Assembly (NCBI RefSeq): GCF_902713615.1
Contig: NW_024055891.1
Location: 1 to 64,000, forward strand
Source: Scyliorhinus canicula
Lineage: Eukaryota
Length of the DNA: 64,000 bases
Direction: 5' to 3'
Shown here: positions 61,881-64,000 of the stretch, piece after piece
How positions within the stretch are numbered: position 1 is the first letter of the stretch
How the letters are laid out: each line of letters starts with the position of its first letter
Notes under the pieces: model-generated
Database searches by the model: none
What the model was told of the DNA's origin: nothing
What the model saw: the letters and a program-made list of their open reading frames with translations, nothing else
Translations under genes and position numbers: made by a program

Positions 61881-63114
61881 TGCAACATCTGGGAGGAAAT
61901 CAATGTCTCCCCCTTTCCATTTCTCTGCCCATTCTGGGGGAATTGTTCACTTGCAGGAACTGAAGAGGAAGGAAGTGAATCCAGGAAGGGGACAGACTCT
62001 GAAAAGGTGACAGACGAACATCGGAATTAGGAGCGGAGTAGGCCGAGGTATCTCGTAGATACATTAACATCCTTTAACTCCCTCAGTTTGACACATTATT
62101 TGTCTGGCTGACAGGAATGTTCACAATTAAAGGGATCGTTTTCCAAGTAGATGAATGAGTTTGAAATGAATAGTAAAGTAATACAGTACAGATGGTTAAA
62201 TGGTACATATTGTATTATTTATGATTTCTAAAGTTCATTATAATTATTTATTGTCTTGAAATATATCGCAGTGTAGCTGCATTGTATTTCCAGTTTTAGA
62301 GACATAACAGCACAGCAGGTACACGAGTCCTGCTAACTCTACAGCAATCCAATCAGTCCCATTCCCCCTTTATATCTGTGTTCAGCTGAATAGAATAGAA
62401 TTGAATCCCAACAGTGCAGAAGCAGGCCATTTGGCCCTTCAACTCTGCGGCAACCCTTGGAAAGAGCATCCTACTTAACCCCACACCTCCACCCAACCAC
62501 CGTAACCCCACCTAACCTTTTGGACATTTAGGGGCAATTTAACATAGACAATGTACCTAACCTGCACATCTTTGGACTATGGGAGGAAACCAGAGCACCC
62601 AGAGGAAACCCACACAGACAAAAGGAGAAAGTGTAAACTCCACACAGACACTCACAAGAATTGAACCTGGGTCCCTGGTGCTGTGAGACACTATTGCTAA
62701 ACACTGTGCCGCCTGAAAGGTTATTTCCTTCAAGCATCTGTCCAATTTCATTTTGAAATCATTGATCATCTCTGCTTCACCCTCATTGACAGTGAATTCC
62801 AGGTATTGACCACTCACTGCCGAAATAAAGTTTTTTCTCGCTGCTCCTATCTCTCTAATCACGTAATAGAGCACTGCATATTGCAACTTTAATAATCCAC
62901 ATGCAAACATACATTTGGGTCATTCAATCCATTATGTCTGTATAGGCTCTCCAAATGAGCATTATGATTTAGTACCAGTCTCCTGTCTTTTCTTTCTCTC
63001 TGAGAAATACAGGGAGTTGTGAAACTCTGTAACTGCATTTACTGCTTGTTCGCTTCCCACACCAAGTGGTGCATTAAGGCAGATTTCCATCTTTTTCTAA
63101 AGCTAGTAATTCCT

Positions 63115-63460
63115 GGGCAGCATGGTAGCATTGTGGATAGCACAATTGCTTCACAGCTCCAGGGTCCCAGGTTCAATTCCGGCTTGGGTCACTGTCTGTG
63201 CGGAGTCTGCACATCCTCCCCGTGTGTGCGTGGGTTTCCAAGGGTGCTCCGGTTTCCTCCCACAGTCCAAAGATGTGCAGGTTAGGTGGATTGGCCATGA
63301 TAAATTGCCCTTAGTGTCCAAACTTGCCCTTAGTGTTGGGTGGGGTTACTGGGTTATGGGGATAGGTTGGAGGTGTTGACCTTGGGTAGGGTGATCTTTC
63401 CAAGAGCCGGTGCAGACTCGATGGGCCGGATGACCTCCTTCTGCACTGTAAATTCTATGA
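63115..63460 (+). mobile_element. V-SINE type A variant
   Basis: Same head, core and tail variant; further copies at ~11320-11615 (+) and ~62390-62712 (-). Confidence 0.85.
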
Positions 63461-64000
63461 AAAGGTTGTGAGTCTGTCACAGGGAATGTCAACATGGCTG
63501 ACCAGGAATCTCTCCCATTCTTACCGCCAGCCATTGGTGAGTCTGGAAGGATTTCCATGTTGATCCACTCAATCTGCTTGACTGCTCCCTGTACCCACTT
63601 CCCTCGACCATCAATTTCCGGGGTGGGACACGAACCCGAAGCTTCCTGCTCAGTGGCAGGGCACTAGTCACTGCATCTAGTGCCTAGTATGTGGAGAGGG
63701 AAAGTGCTTGTGATTTTGTGGAGCTATTTAAAGTCAAATTTATCCTGTCTATTCAAACACTATTTGTCACTGAATTCAGTGATTTTTAAAAAATAAATTT
63801 AGATTACCCAATTATTATTTTTTCAACTAAGGGGAATTCAGTGTGGCCAATGCACCCACCCTGCGGGGGTGAAACCCACGCAGACAGGGGAAGAATGTGG
63901 ACAGGGGAAGAATGTGCAAACTCCACACGGACAGCGACCCAGGTCCTCAGCGCCGCAGTCCCAGTGCTAACCACTGCGCCACCGTGCTGCCCCATAATTC

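Overview
Eukaryotic DNA, inferred to be from a cartilaginous fish (shark, probably catshark-like) on the basis of HE1/V-SINEs, CR1 (HER1-like), Rex1/Babar, Deu-SINE and Penelope repeats. The window is a cluster of nine C2H2 (TGEKPY-linker) zinc-finger loci with no visible KRAB/SCAN/BTB domain. Six have intact finger arrays of 7-14 fingers; three are pseudogenes. They fall into two subfamilies, one starting MEGK/MEEN and one starting MEKP. They are arranged around six CpG-rich promoter islands carrying NRF1, YY1, CCAAT and ETS-like motifs, and at least three islands sit between head-to-head gene pairs. Shared promoter cores, acceptor exons, 3' flanks and old TE junctions show the cluster grew by duplicating whole gene/promoter cassettes. 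Main points of interest: (1) young Penelope-like insertions carrying minimal hammerhead ribozymes, one placed in sense immediately behind a ZNF stop codon; (2) a shared relic three-finger 5' leader with conserved TGA stops and a start codon recruited from the finger linker; (3) a 129-bp element about 97% identical between two otherwise diverged duplicated blocks; (4) modular SINEs whose tails match two different LINEs in the same window. Repeat boundaries were read by eye and are approximate; no database search was possible.
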